In this document: piece by piece, positions 1 through 8,484 of the stretch
How positions within the stretch are numbered: position 1 is the stretch's first letter
Layout: the number at the start of each line of letters is the position of its first letter
NCBI GenBank assembly: GCA_034408725.1
Contig: JAWXCN010000144.1
Coordinates: forward strand, 1-39,072
Source: Candidatus Hydrogenedentota bacterium
GTDB lineage: Bacteria; Hydrogenedentota; Hydrogenedentia; Hydrogenedentales; SLHB01
Length of the DNA stretch: 39,072 nt
Reading direction: 5' to 3'
Notes under the pieces: model-generated
What the model saw: the letters and a program-made list of their open reading frames with translations, nothing else
Database searches by the model: none
Told to the model about the DNA's origin: nothing
Program-made: the position numbers and the translations under genes

Positions 1-34
1 CCGCCGGTGTGGCCGCCGCCCCGGAGGTCAAATC

Positions 35-1324
35 ATGCTGTTAATCGGTGAAGGACACGCCGACATCACCCCGCCGATTGGCGCCGTGCTTGCCGGGTTT
101 CATTACACGCCGGGCAATGAACGGGTTGTCAAAGGCATCCGCCAAACTCCCCAGGCGCGCGCACTTGCTATTCGCGCCGGCGATGTAACCGCTATTGTCG
201 TCTCGCTCGAACTTATCGCCGTATCCCGGGACTTTGTCCGCGGCCTTCAAAAACGCATTGCGGACGCCACAAGCGTTCCAACGGAAAACATTCGCGTGTG
301 CGCGACCCATACCCACAGCATGCCTTCGCTGCGCGAATTTCTGCAATGGGGCGCGGTTTCGGAGACCTACTCGAAATTCGTCGCGGACCGTGCTGAACAG
401 GCGGCCCGATTGGCCATCGCAGATCTCGCCGAAGCGGACTGCTATCTGGGAAGCGAACGCGTGAAGGGCGGAAACTTTAACCGCACGACTCCCGCATGGA
501 AAACCGATGACCAATTCACCGGGGAATCAACGGATGCGGACCGTTGGCTCGACACGATGCTGCACGCCCTCTACTTCCAGCGCGCCGACGCCCGAAAACC
601 GTTGCTGTGGTATCACTTCTCCGCGCATCCCGTCGTATTCGGTGATGACCAGGCGGGACCCGACTGGCCCGGCATGGTCGCCGATCGCATTCGCGGAGCC
701 GACGGCGCGGAACCGGGCTATTTGCAGGGCCACATCGGCGACGTGAATCCCGGCGACGGCACACCGTGGATTGGCGATCCCGAAGAAACCGTTTCCGCCA
801 TCGCGCCCGCGCTGCACTTCGCCACGGGCCACGGTGATATTGTCGAGATCGACGCCCTGCGTATCGTCACCGGCACGGTCGAACTGCCGTTCGACATGGC
901 ACGCTTCAAGCAACAGCGCGACACCTACGCCGCCACGCCGGAAAAATGTATCGACGGAGAATGGGTTGACGCGGGATTCGCGAAAGCGTGGTTCGACGAA
1001 GCATCAAAATGGGATGAAAACACCACAACGTATTCCGTGCCGATTAGCGCGATGCGCCTGGGCCGCGTTTTGCTGTTGTTCCATCCGTCGGAGTTATACA
1101 GCTTCTACGGATTGAAACTGCGAACCACTGGACCCGTGCCGACTGTGCTTGCCGTAGGGTATTGCGATGATTTTATCGGATACCTCACGGACCCCACGGC
1201 CTATGAAAATGCCGAGTACGCGGCCGTCGTCGTTCCGAAAATTCTCGGGCTTCCACCATTTACGCCCGATGCCGCGCGCATATTCACGGCGCAATGCCAG
1301 GCGCTCATGAACAAACTGGCCTAA
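35..1324 (+). CDS. Neutral/alkaline ceramidase-like metal-dependent amidohydrolase
   Basis: 429-aa ORF with GGAGG RBS at 24-28. Family motifs: DITPP, ARAL, CATHTHS, FSAHP, DWPG, QGHIGDVNP, PSELYS, GYCDDFIGY. No signal peptide. Confidence 0.75.
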   Translation: MLLIGEGHADITPPIGAVLAGFHYTPGNERVVKGIRQTPQARALAIRAGDVTAIVVSLELIAVSRDFVRGLQKRIADATSVPTENIRVCATHTHSMPSLREFLQWGAVSETYSKFVADRAEQAARLAIADLAEADCYLGSERVKGGNFNRTTPAWKTDDQFTGESTDADRWLDTMLHALYFQRADARKPLLWYHFSAHPVVFGDDQAGPDWPGMVADRIRGADGAEPGYLQGHIGDVNPGDGTPWIGDPEETVSAIAPALHFATGHGDIVEIDALRIVTGTVELPFDMARFKQQRDTYAATPEKCIDGEWVDAGFAKAWFDEASKWDENTTTYSVPISAMRLGRVLLLFHPSELYSFYGLKLRTTGPVPTVLAVGYCDDFIGYLTDPTAYENAEYAAVVVPKILGLPPFTPDAARIFTAQCQALMNKLA

Positions 1325-1338
1325 AAACATGCGAGGGT

Positions 1339-2841
1339 TCACTCCGCGTTCGCGCGCTTCATCCGCTCATCCCAAAACCGTTCCGCAATCCCGTAGTCCC
1401 GGATCAGTTCGGCCTTCTTCGCAGCATCGTCATGCTGAACACGCGCAATGCGTTCCCGCACCCAGTCGCGAAAAAATTCCGCCGATTGCCTGCTAATTCG
1501 CGTCTTACTCCGGCCTACTTCCACGTAATATGGTGCGGTCGAAGCGAACCGGAAAGTCTTTGCATTGTCCGTCACCGCGCGCACGAGAAACCAGCCGCTT
1601 TCATCAAATGAAACGATCCCCAGTGATCCCGTCCGCCTCCAGTCTTCAAACGGCACCCTTCGTACAATCTCGCCATTCTTGATGATCTCGATATACGGTA
1701 TCGCGTCTGCGCTCAGTATCTCTGCCTCCAAGGCGATTACTATTCCATTCTTCGCGTGAAACACATGCCCTGGTAATTCGCCATTGGCCTTGACCATCAG
1801 CATCGGCCCGTTCGTCACGAAAGTCCTGCCCGCGCGAAGTCCGCCCCACCAGGCTTCCCACGTCAACGGACCTTCTACCTGCACATACACGCGGTTATAT
1901 CCGACGGGGTTCGGCAACACGCCAGACGCGCTGCCCGCCGATGGTGGAATGCGCAACCCGCAATTCAGCAGCTCGTAATAAATCTCTTGCGACCAGTATC
2001 CGTTGCCGCGCGGAGACGGCAATCGTCTCGAATCGCGCGCGCGGCCCCAAGCTTCGCTTTCATACATCCCGCTCCGGCACATGTGATTATTCGCGAGGCC
2101 GATCGAATCACCTCGGCCGAACGCAATCGCCGCGGGCACGTCCCACCAGAAAGGCTTCTCAATATCTGTCCATGTTGCCGCGTTGTTCTTTGCGAACGTG
2201 TCGCCGGCAAATGGAAAGGGGTACTCTTTGTCATATCCGCGAAAATCCATCGGGGCGTTGCGATGAAAATACAGATACGCGCCGCCATTCCGTTCGTCTT
2301 CGCCCGCCATCACTTCATAGAAGCGGTTAGAATCAAACTTCACAACGGTTTCGCGCGGAATAGCGCGCTCCGTCCAATAGTTTTTTGCGTTCCACCATGT
2401 AATCACCGGCGCGATGTGCAACGCCTCGGCGCGCATTAACACCTCGATATCCTCGACAGGCCGGTGCACGTGCAAATCGCCAGGCCACCATCCGCGCGCC
2501 GGCATATCGATCAGGCGCAAAATCTGCTCAATTACCTCGGCATTTTCCCCCGCGTGAATGGACACAACTCCGTTCGCGCTATCAAACTCCGGGCCGCGCT
2601 CGATTGTGTATCGGTAGTACCCTGTTGGCAACGCGATTGTTGACGCGCCATCCACTGCGTAGTGGTCATGCCAATAAGGATGCTCACTCACCTTCACCAC
2701 CTTGCCATCCCAATCCCGCAAATGCACGCGCACAGCAACTGGCGCTCGCGTTGCCCCATCTCGCACGGTGAGCGTGAACGACCCCATATCCGGTGCAGCC
2801 GCCATCGCCGCCCAAAGTATTAGTGCAAGGCGCCCCATCAT
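1339..2841 (-). CDS. CehA/McbA-family PHP-like metallohydrolase, probably exported
   Basis: Short signal-like N-terminus and N-terminal beta domain (ERGPEF). Motifs GDLHVHR, YYELLNCG, GYNRVY, GRTFVTNGP, GWFLVR. Confidence 0.75.
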   Translation of the reverse strand: MMGRLALILWAAMAAAPDMGSFTLTVRDGATRAPVAVRVHLRDWDGKVVKVSEHPYWHDHYAVDGASTIALPTGYYRYTIERGPEFDSANGVVSIHAGENAEVIEQILRLIDMPARGWWPGDLHVHRPVEDIEVLMRAEALHIAPVITWWNAKNYWTERAIPRETVVKFDSNRFYEVMAGEDERNGGAYLYFHRNAPMDFRGYDKEYPFPFAGDTFAKNNAATWTDIEKPFWWDVPAAIAFGRGDSIGLANNHMCRSGMYESEAWGRARDSRRLPSPRGNGYWSQEIYYELLNCGLRIPPSAGSASGVLPNPVGYNRVYVQVEGPLTWEAWWGGLRAGRTFVTNGPMLMVKANGELPGHVFHAKNGIVIALEAEILSADAIPYIEIIKNGEIVRRVPFEDWRRTGSLGIVSFDESGWFLVRAVTDNAKTFRFASTAPYYVEVGRSKTRISRQSAEFFRDWVRERIARVQHDDAAKKAELIRDYGIAERFWDERMKRANAE

Positions 2842-2852
2842 CTCTCCCCCCT

Positions 2853-2895
2853 AAATAATAAAACGAGGGGCAAACCCGTACGGGTCTGCCCCTCG
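2853..2895 (-). terminator. Intrinsic terminator of the fasciclin gene
   Basis: Minus strand reads CGAGGGGCAGACCCG-TA-CGGGTTTGCCCCTCG followed by TTTTATTATTT, about 20 nt after the stop at 2917. Confidence 0.85.
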
Positions 2896-2916
2896 CAAAG
2901 ATTCCCTCAACCGCAT

Positions 2917-3792
2917 TTACTCTGCGGCGGCTACCTGGACTGCATCCGCATCGGCGGATTTCGCAAGCTGCATGTCCGCGGGCACCAACACGGTGTCAAT
3001 TACATGGACGACGCCGTTGCTGGCTACAAGCGCTTCACCAACGACTTTCGCGCCGTTGACGCTCACCGTACCGGACTGCGGGCAAGCGCTGATCGCGAGA
3101 TCACAACCGCCGGACGCCTTCGCGCTCTTCGCTTCCTTAATCTGGCACGCCTGGATTGCATTCTCGGTAACGATGTGGTTCGCGAGCACCGCTTTCAACT
3201 TCGCGTCATCCTGAAGCAGAATGGCCCATTGCTCGGCAGGAATTTTTTGGAACGCTTCGTTCGTCGGCGCAAATACCGTCTTTTGGTTCGGGCATGCAAA
3301 CGCCGCCGTCATACCCGCGGCCTTCGCGGCAAGCGCAAGCGTCGTGAACCGGCTGTCTGTCATGACCAGCTTCGCGATGTCATTGGTCTTTCCATCGCAT
3401 TCGCCTTCCGCGCATTCACCCTTCGCGACTTTCGCGGCGGCAGCTGCGGCGAGCGGGCATTCGCCCTTCGCTTCGGCAGTCTTCAACGCGGCCGCGGCTG
3501 CAAGCGGGCATTCGCCCTTTGCGTCCGCCGCAAGGCTGAGCTCGGCTTTGTCGCCGCTCTTCGCGACAGCAGGCTTTGCGCCGTCTTCGCAGCACTCGCC
3601 AGACTTCTCATCTTTCGCGAGACTGGCTGTCTTGGCCTTCGCATCGCATGCAGCGCCATCAGCCTTCGCGGCTTTTGCCGCCAACGGACATGCATCGCCT
3701 TCGGCACTTGTCGGCAGCGCACCCCACGATAGGATCGCGGCAAGCGCAACGCACAGCGCCACTCCGAACACTTTGAATCCAGCAATCTTCAT
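2917..3792 (-). CDS. Secreted fasciclin (FAS1) domain protein with a Cys/Ala/Lys-rich repetitive N-terminal region
   Basis: Signal peptide. FAS1 H1 motif TVFAPTNEAF and H2 motif ASNGVVHVIDTVL. GECPLAAAAA-type repeats. GGAGG RBS near 3800-3804. Confidence 0.85.
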   Translation of the reverse strand: MKIAGFKVFGVALCVALAAILSWGALPTSAEGDACPLAAKAAKADGAACDAKAKTASLAKDEKSGECCEDGAKPAVAKSGDKAELSLAADAKGECPLAAAAALKTAEAKGECPLAAAAAAKVAKGECAEGECDGKTNDIAKLVMTDSRFTTLALAAKAAGMTAAFACPNQKTVFAPTNEAFQKIPAEQWAILLQDDAKLKAVLANHIVTENAIQACQIKEAKSAKASGGCDLAISACPQSGTVSVNGAKVVGEALVASNGVVHVIDTVLVPADMQLAKSADADAVQVAAAE

Positions 3793-3904
3793 CTCGAATC
3801 CTCCACAGTTACAAACAACACCATAAACATCAGTGCATCAAACAAAATGGATGGCAACCGCATTCGGCTCCACTTGACGCCATCAGAGTACCACAACTCG
3901 CGAT

Positions 3905-4099
3905 TTAGAAGAAGGGGGAAATCACCCAGGCGAACGCGATTCCGAGAAAGTTGGCTAACAAGTCCGCGGGATCGGCCATGCCCCCACGTAGTACGTCAAG
4001 GGTTTCCTTGCCAAACCCAGCAAGTACCGATAAACCTGGCGCGAAAAACGCAATCCCGAAGCTCGCCCAAAAATGCTGTAATTTGTCGGGCTCAAACAT
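3905..4099 (-). CDS. Small (64 aa) membrane protein, YfiM/DUF2279- or VanZ-like
   Basis: MFEPDKLQHF...GFGKETLD...DLLANFLG carries the DKxxHF, GKExxD and DLxANxxG pattern. GGAGA RBS about 11 nt upstream of the ATG at 4099. Confidence 0.65.
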   Translation of the reverse strand: MFEPDKLQHFWASFGIAFFAPGLSVLAGFGKETLDVLRGGMADPADLLANFLGIAFAWVISPFF

Positions 4100-4118
4100 C
4101 TTACGCCAAATCTCCAGC

Positions 4119-4147
4119 TTGCCGTTTCGTCGAACAAGCAGTATGAT
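4119..4147 (+). promoter_or_regulatory. Sigma70-type promoter, probably leaderless transcript
   Basis: TTGCCG (4119-4124), 17-nt spacer, TATGAT (4142-4147), then 7 nt to an in-frame ATG at 4155. Confidence 0.6.
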
Positions 4148-4154
4148 GGAACCA

Positions 4155-5393
4155 ATGGGCGCAAAACAACCCAACTCTCCGATGACCCGCTCCCCGGCAA
4201 GGATCGCAACCTATCTTATCGCATCACTTTTTGCCGCGGGCCTTCTACTCTATATCTCGACCGTCCTCTCCGAGCGTATGGCCGTCCCCGTGATGTTCGA
4301 GCCTCTGTCTCACGGTTTCTACCGCGTCGGCTATTTCATTCGATTGCCGATGATCGTGTTTCTGTCGCCCTGGTTGCCCATGGAAGGACACCATCACGTA
4401 CACCTCGCCCTTTCAGAACTGCTCACGTCGTTTACCGCGCCGTTCTTCTGGTGCGCCGTCGCAGCGCCAATTGTCATAACGCGCTCCCTCACGCGCAGAG
4501 TTGTTCGCTCTGCATCCTTGCAACAAGCCAACATCACCATCCCGCGCCGCGTATTTCTCATTGGCGCAGCCGGCGTCATCGGCGGACCTGGCCTCCTGGG
4601 CGGATACGCCGTCCTCGTCGAGCCCCAACGCCTTCGCATCGAGCGCTACCGCATGGCCGTGCGCGATTTACCCGCCGCATTGGAAGGGTTCCGCATTGTC
4701 CACGTATCCGATACGCACTACGGACCTTTCATTTCGCTTCGATATATAAACGGCGTCGTCGATCAAGCTAACGCACTCGAAGGTGATCTGATCGTCCTCA
4801 CCGGCGACTATGTCCACCGCTCGCCCCTGGCCATAGGCCCCGGTGTCCACGCCCTCAAACGGCTCAATGCGCGCCTGGGCGTTCTCGCAACGCTCGGCAA
4901 CCACGACCACTGGGAAGGCGCCGATGACGTCCGTGCCGCCTGTGCCGAGATCAACCTTCCCCTTATCGACAACGCACGCCGCTTCGTTTCGACGAACGCA
5001 ATTACCTCCGAACCCGTCATTGGAGAAAGTATTTGTGTCGGCGGTCTCGGCGATCTCTGGGAGGATGACACTGATTTTGATCGCGCACTCGCGGACGCGC
5101 CCGCGTCCATGCCGCGTATCCTCCTCGCCCACAATCCAGACACCGCCGAACACGTTGATTCCAATACTCGCGTCGATTTTATGTGCAGCGGCCATACCCA
5201 CGGCGGGCAAGTCTGGGTCCCTGGCCTCGGCACCCCGGTTGTCCCCAGCGCCTACGGCCAAAAATACGCCGGCGGATTCTGCCACGGCCCACACTGTCCC
5301 GTCATAGTTTCCCGTGGGGTCGGCATGGCGATCCTACCAGTGCGGTTCGGAGTACCTCCGGAGATCGGTGAGATCACGCTCGTGCGAGCATAG
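4155..5393 (+). CDS. Membrane-anchored metallophosphoesterase, YkuE/YaeI family
   Basis: Calcineurin-like motifs DTHYG, TGDY, GNHD, LAHNPD, SGHTHGGQ, VSRGVG. N-terminal TM helices. The ORF-track start at 3951 overlaps a divergent gene, so the start is re-assigned to 4155 (4182 is possible). Confidence 0.9.
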   Translation: MGAKQPNSPMTRSPARIATYLIASLFAAGLLLYISTVLSERMAVPVMFEPLSHGFYRVGYFIRLPMIVFLSPWLPMEGHHHVHLALSELLTSFTAPFFWCAVAAPIVITRSLTRRVVRSASLQQANITIPRRVFLIGAAGVIGGPGLLGGYAVLVEPQRLRIERYRMAVRDLPAALEGFRIVHVSDTHYGPFISLRYINGVVDQANALEGDLIVLTGDYVHRSPLAIGPGVHALKRLNARLGVLATLGNHDHWEGADDVRAACAEINLPLIDNARRFVSTNAITSEPVIGESICVGGLGDLWEDDTDFDRALADAPASMPRILLAHNPDTAEHVDSNTRVDFMCSGHTHGGQVWVPGLGTPVVPSAYGQKYAGGFCHGPHCPVIVSRGVGMAILPVRFGVPPEIGEITLVRA

Positions 5394-5512
5394 GACCGAA
5401 TCTTGCCTCGGAAATTTTCATGGGTTTAATCATGGCGCACTGCCGTCCATTGATGGGTGACGTTCGGGAAGGAAGTCGGGAGTTCGGAACAACTGTTGGA
5501 TACATAGAGCCT

Positions 5513-5932
5513 TTAGCCCCGATGATTAATGTCGAGCAGGGGAGCGTCAGCGGCGTAGAGTTGAATCGCCTGATCTTTCGTTAGCACTACCAGCGTAAAA
5601 ACGCCAAGAATGGTTCCGAAAGGCATCATCATGCATTCCAGCGCCGCAATTACAATGCAGTACATCCGCGACGTTCGGGATTTGAGTTTTCTGCCCGCGA
5701 TGATAATGGCGACCGCAAGGGCCCAACCGCAAAGTACAATGAACCCGCCGATTATGGCAAAAAAGCCGCCGATTACTTCCGAAGGTGCGCCATCAACGTC
5801 GACAGCTCCGAAAATCATCGCCAATCCCATCGCTACGTGGATCAAAGGAAAACAAGCAAAGAACGCCATGACACCACCAAATATGTAGTGAAAGATTGCG
5901 AGCAAATCCAAATGCCGTTCGGTCTCGGTCAT
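5513..5932 (-). CDS. Hypothetical membrane protein (about 3 TM helices)
   Basis: 139-aa hydrophobic ORF (HLDLLAIFHYIFGG...PFGTILGVFTLVVL) with AAGGCGGGGG upstream. Confidence 0.7.
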   Translation of the reverse strand: MTETERHLDLLAIFHYIFGGVMAFFACFPLIHVAMGLAMIFGAVDVDGAPSEVIGGFFAIIGGFIVLCGWALAVAIIIAGRKLKSRTSRMYCIVIAALECMMMPFGTILGVFTLVVLTKDQAIQLYAADAPLLDINHRG

Positions 5933-5985
5933 TGCCCCCGCCTTTTAGCCGATTCGTGTGGTGCTTGTCCGGCCCATTCCGTCGA

Positions 5986-6486
5986 TTACTCCGACGCTAT
6001 CGCATCTTCAGCGGAGCCCGCTGTCGAGGCTACTGTCGGCAATGCGCGCATCACTCCGGACATCAAAACAATAATTACGGCAAGCGCTATCAGCACGCTC
6101 AGCCACAGGCGCGCGTTTGCGCGAAGCTTTGCAGACCAGGGCTTGAGCGATGTCAGCGCGATGGCGAGCGCGAACACCACGATCGCGAGCAGGAACTTCA
6201 CGCCGAACAGCGCGTGATACAGCGGTTGATCGTCGTGAATGAAGCGCGTGATGGCCAGATAGTTGTAAAACCCGCTGATGAGAAACAGCAGGATGCAGGT
6301 GTGGACGAACATCATCCACCGCTTTGTGATGGCAGTGCGCAGTTTCGCGTGGGTTTCTTCATCGAGAGTTTCTTTCGCGCTGGGGAGCAGCACGAACCGC
6401 AAAAAGATTACGCCGCCGAGCGCGATGATTGCCGCGAAAATATGTGCCCACCGCATGATGAGTGGCAGAATTTGATCGGATGTCAT
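5986..6486 (-). CDS. Four-TM membrane protein, CopD/DUF4149-like
   Basis: RWAHIFAAIIALGGVIF, ISGFYN and YHALFGVKFLLA match a CopD-like pattern. AAGGAGA RBS precedes the ATG at 6486. The longer ORF-track start overlaps the divergent gene. Confidence 0.65.
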   Translation of the reverse strand: MTSDQILPLIMRWAHIFAAIIALGGVIFLRFVLLPSAKETLDEETHAKLRTAITKRWMMFVHTCILLFLISGFYNYLAITRFIHDDQPLYHALFGVKFLLAIVVFALAIALTSLKPWSAKLRANARLWLSVLIALAVIIVLMSGVMRALPTVASTAGSAEDAIASE

Positions 6487-6573
6487 GGTCGAATCTCCTT
6501 GCTTGTCCCAAGCCCTTCCACCCATACTATGGGCCATGCCCGCAGACAATAACAACCGGCGCAGCAGGTTCTG

Positions 6574-8382
6574 ATGTCGCCCCTGCCTGTCGAATTCGTG
6601 CGTCAACTGGCGGGAATTGTCCCCGGATATACGAGCGACATTTTCTATCCCGGACCGCACGCCATACATTTCGCGAAGGCGTTGAGCGATCGCCCGCATG
6701 TGCGCGTGCACGCGCTTTCGCCGGATGCGCCAGTGACGATGGTAGATTGCCACGTGGTGATCACCGGCAATCAAGATGAGCCCCTCGCGGAAGACGTGTT
6801 TGCGTCGTTGGGCGAAACTTTGAATGCCGCCGGGTGCCTACTCATCGTCGGTCTACCAGGCGCGGGCACCCTTTCGTTGAACGCGCTGGCCGATCAACTT
6901 GGACACGCGGGTCTGGCGTTGTACCGGCATTGCGCGGTGAGCGCGGGCGACGCGGAGCATGCCGAGCCCGGTTATGTCGCATTCGCGGTGCATGCCGGAT
7001 ACAACCCGCTAGCGCACGCGCGCGAGTTGTTGCAGAACGGAAATGCGGGCTGGGCCTATGAAGTGCTCCAGCAAATTCCTGAACCTTTGTTGCAGGACCC
7101 CGCAACCCGCGCGCACGTCGCCGCGGAAAAACAGGTGTGCCTGCTTGCTTGGGACCGCGCCGCGAATGAAACAGGCCGGCTGGAACGTTTTTTTCGCAGT
7201 CAGATCGCGTTTTACGACGCCATCGCGCACGCGCCACTCGCGCACGAGGTGTATCTTTGCCAGGGCGAATTCTGGCGGCGGCTGGGAGATGAATCGATGC
7301 GGCAACGGCTGCTTCGGTCGGTTCTGCACGTCGCGCCCGAGCCGCGCATTGCCTCAATGATCGGTGAACCCGCGGCGCCATATGTCCCTGCAAAGGATTT
7401 GATTCCGCCTGCGTGGAACCCACCGGCGAAGTTGCCGCGCGTGTTGTTCATTATGCATCCGCGTCCCCACTACGGACAGGACGTGCTGTACGACGGGTTG
7501 TGTACGGTGCTGGGTGATGAAAACGTGGTGGAGTTTCCCTACAAGCCAACGTTGCACGGGGAGAAACCGGCGGAGCTCGCGCATTATCCATGCATGTTTA
7601 ATCGTCGCGGCACGGCGTATTCGCCGGCCCAGTTGCTCGCGCAACTGGGCGAAGGCGCGTTCGATCTGATCATCTACGGCGAACTGGAACAATACGTCGA
7701 TCAGGCGACTGCGCGCGCGATAGCGCATACGCGCGGCAATGCGGCAATGGTACTGTTCGATGCGCAGGATGATCCACTCGATCATTGGGCGGAGATGTGC
7801 GAGTTCGCGGCATTTCAGTTTCCGCTGTACTTCAAGCGCGAGATGCTCGCGTGCTGGAACTACGGCGAGCATACGGCGCCGTTACCGTTCGCATACCCGG
7901 ACCACCGGATACCGGATACCGTGGAAGGGGAGCGGACCGACGACGTGTTTTGGGCCGGACACCGCCAATTCGGGTTACGGCTTCTTTATCTCGAGCATTT
8001 GGAGAAGCGGTTCGGCTTCAACCTTGCCAAGACTTATTCGCAAGAGGAATACACTCAAGCGCTTTCGCGCGCAAGGCTCGGCCTGAACATTTTCGGGTTT
8101 GGATTTGATACGGTCCGGTACTGGGAGGTTCCCGCGCACGGCGCGATACTGTTATCCGAACGGTTGCCCATTCGCGTGCCTTACAATTTTGTGGATGGCG
8201 AATCCGCCGTATTTTTCGACGACCTGCCAGAGTTGGCAGACAAACTCGCGCACTGGATCGCGCGGCCCGATGAAGCACGCGCAATCGCGGCGCAAGGCCA
8301 CGCGCTGCTAAAGCGGCGCCATTCGGGTTCGGCGCGGGCAAAGCAACTTCTGGCTTGGGTACAGGCGCGCCTGAAACGCTGA
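6574..8382 (+). CDS. Multidomain glycosyltransferase (C-terminal CgeB/Glyco_trans_1_2-like GT-B; N-terminal degenerate Rossmann-like and helical regions)
   Basis: C-terminal LYFKRE, EEYTQALSRARLGLNIFGFGFDTVRYWEVPAHGAILLS and EARAIAAQGH...RHSGSARA are typical of this GT group. Confidence 0.75.
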   Translation: MSPLPVEFVRQLAGIVPGYTSDIFYPGPHAIHFAKALSDRPHVRVHALSPDAPVTMVDCHVVITGNQDEPLAEDVFASLGETLNAAGCLLIVGLPGAGTLSLNALADQLGHAGLALYRHCAVSAGDAEHAEPGYVAFAVHAGYNPLAHARELLQNGNAGWAYEVLQQIPEPLLQDPATRAHVAAEKQVCLLAWDRAANETGRLERFFRSQIAFYDAIAHAPLAHEVYLCQGEFWRRLGDESMRQRLLRSVLHVAPEPRIASMIGEPAAPYVPAKDLIPPAWNPPAKLPRVLFIMHPRPHYGQDVLYDGLCTVLGDENVVEFPYKPTLHGEKPAELAHYPCMFNRRGTAYSPAQLLAQLGEGAFDLIIYGELEQYVDQATARAIAHTRGNAAMVLFDAQDDPLDHWAEMCEFAAFQFPLYFKREMLACWNYGEHTAPLPFAYPDHRIPDTVEGERTDDVFWAGHRQFGLRLLYLEHLEKRFGFNLAKTYSQEEYTQALSRARLGLNIFGFGFDTVRYWEVPAHGAILLSERLPIRVPYNFVDGESAVFFDDLPELADKLAHWIARPDEARAIAAQGHALLKRRHSGSARAKQLLAWVQARLKR

Positions 8383-8484
8383 CCGCTCTCTACTGCCTGA
8401 TGTGTTATCTTGTTTCGCCGCAATCCTTCACGCCGTCCGTGTTTGTCCGTGACCGTCCGTGTTCGTCCACAAGGAGAAGTCATT

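Noticed and set aside
3951-4154. N-terminal extension of the phosphoesterase (480-aa call)
   Set aside because: It overlaps the antisense YfiM-like gene, and a promoter points to ATG 4155.
6487-6774. N-terminal extension of the CopD-like ORF (262-aa call)
   Set aside because: It overlaps the divergent glycosyltransferase, and a strong AAGGAGA RBS precedes ATG 6486.
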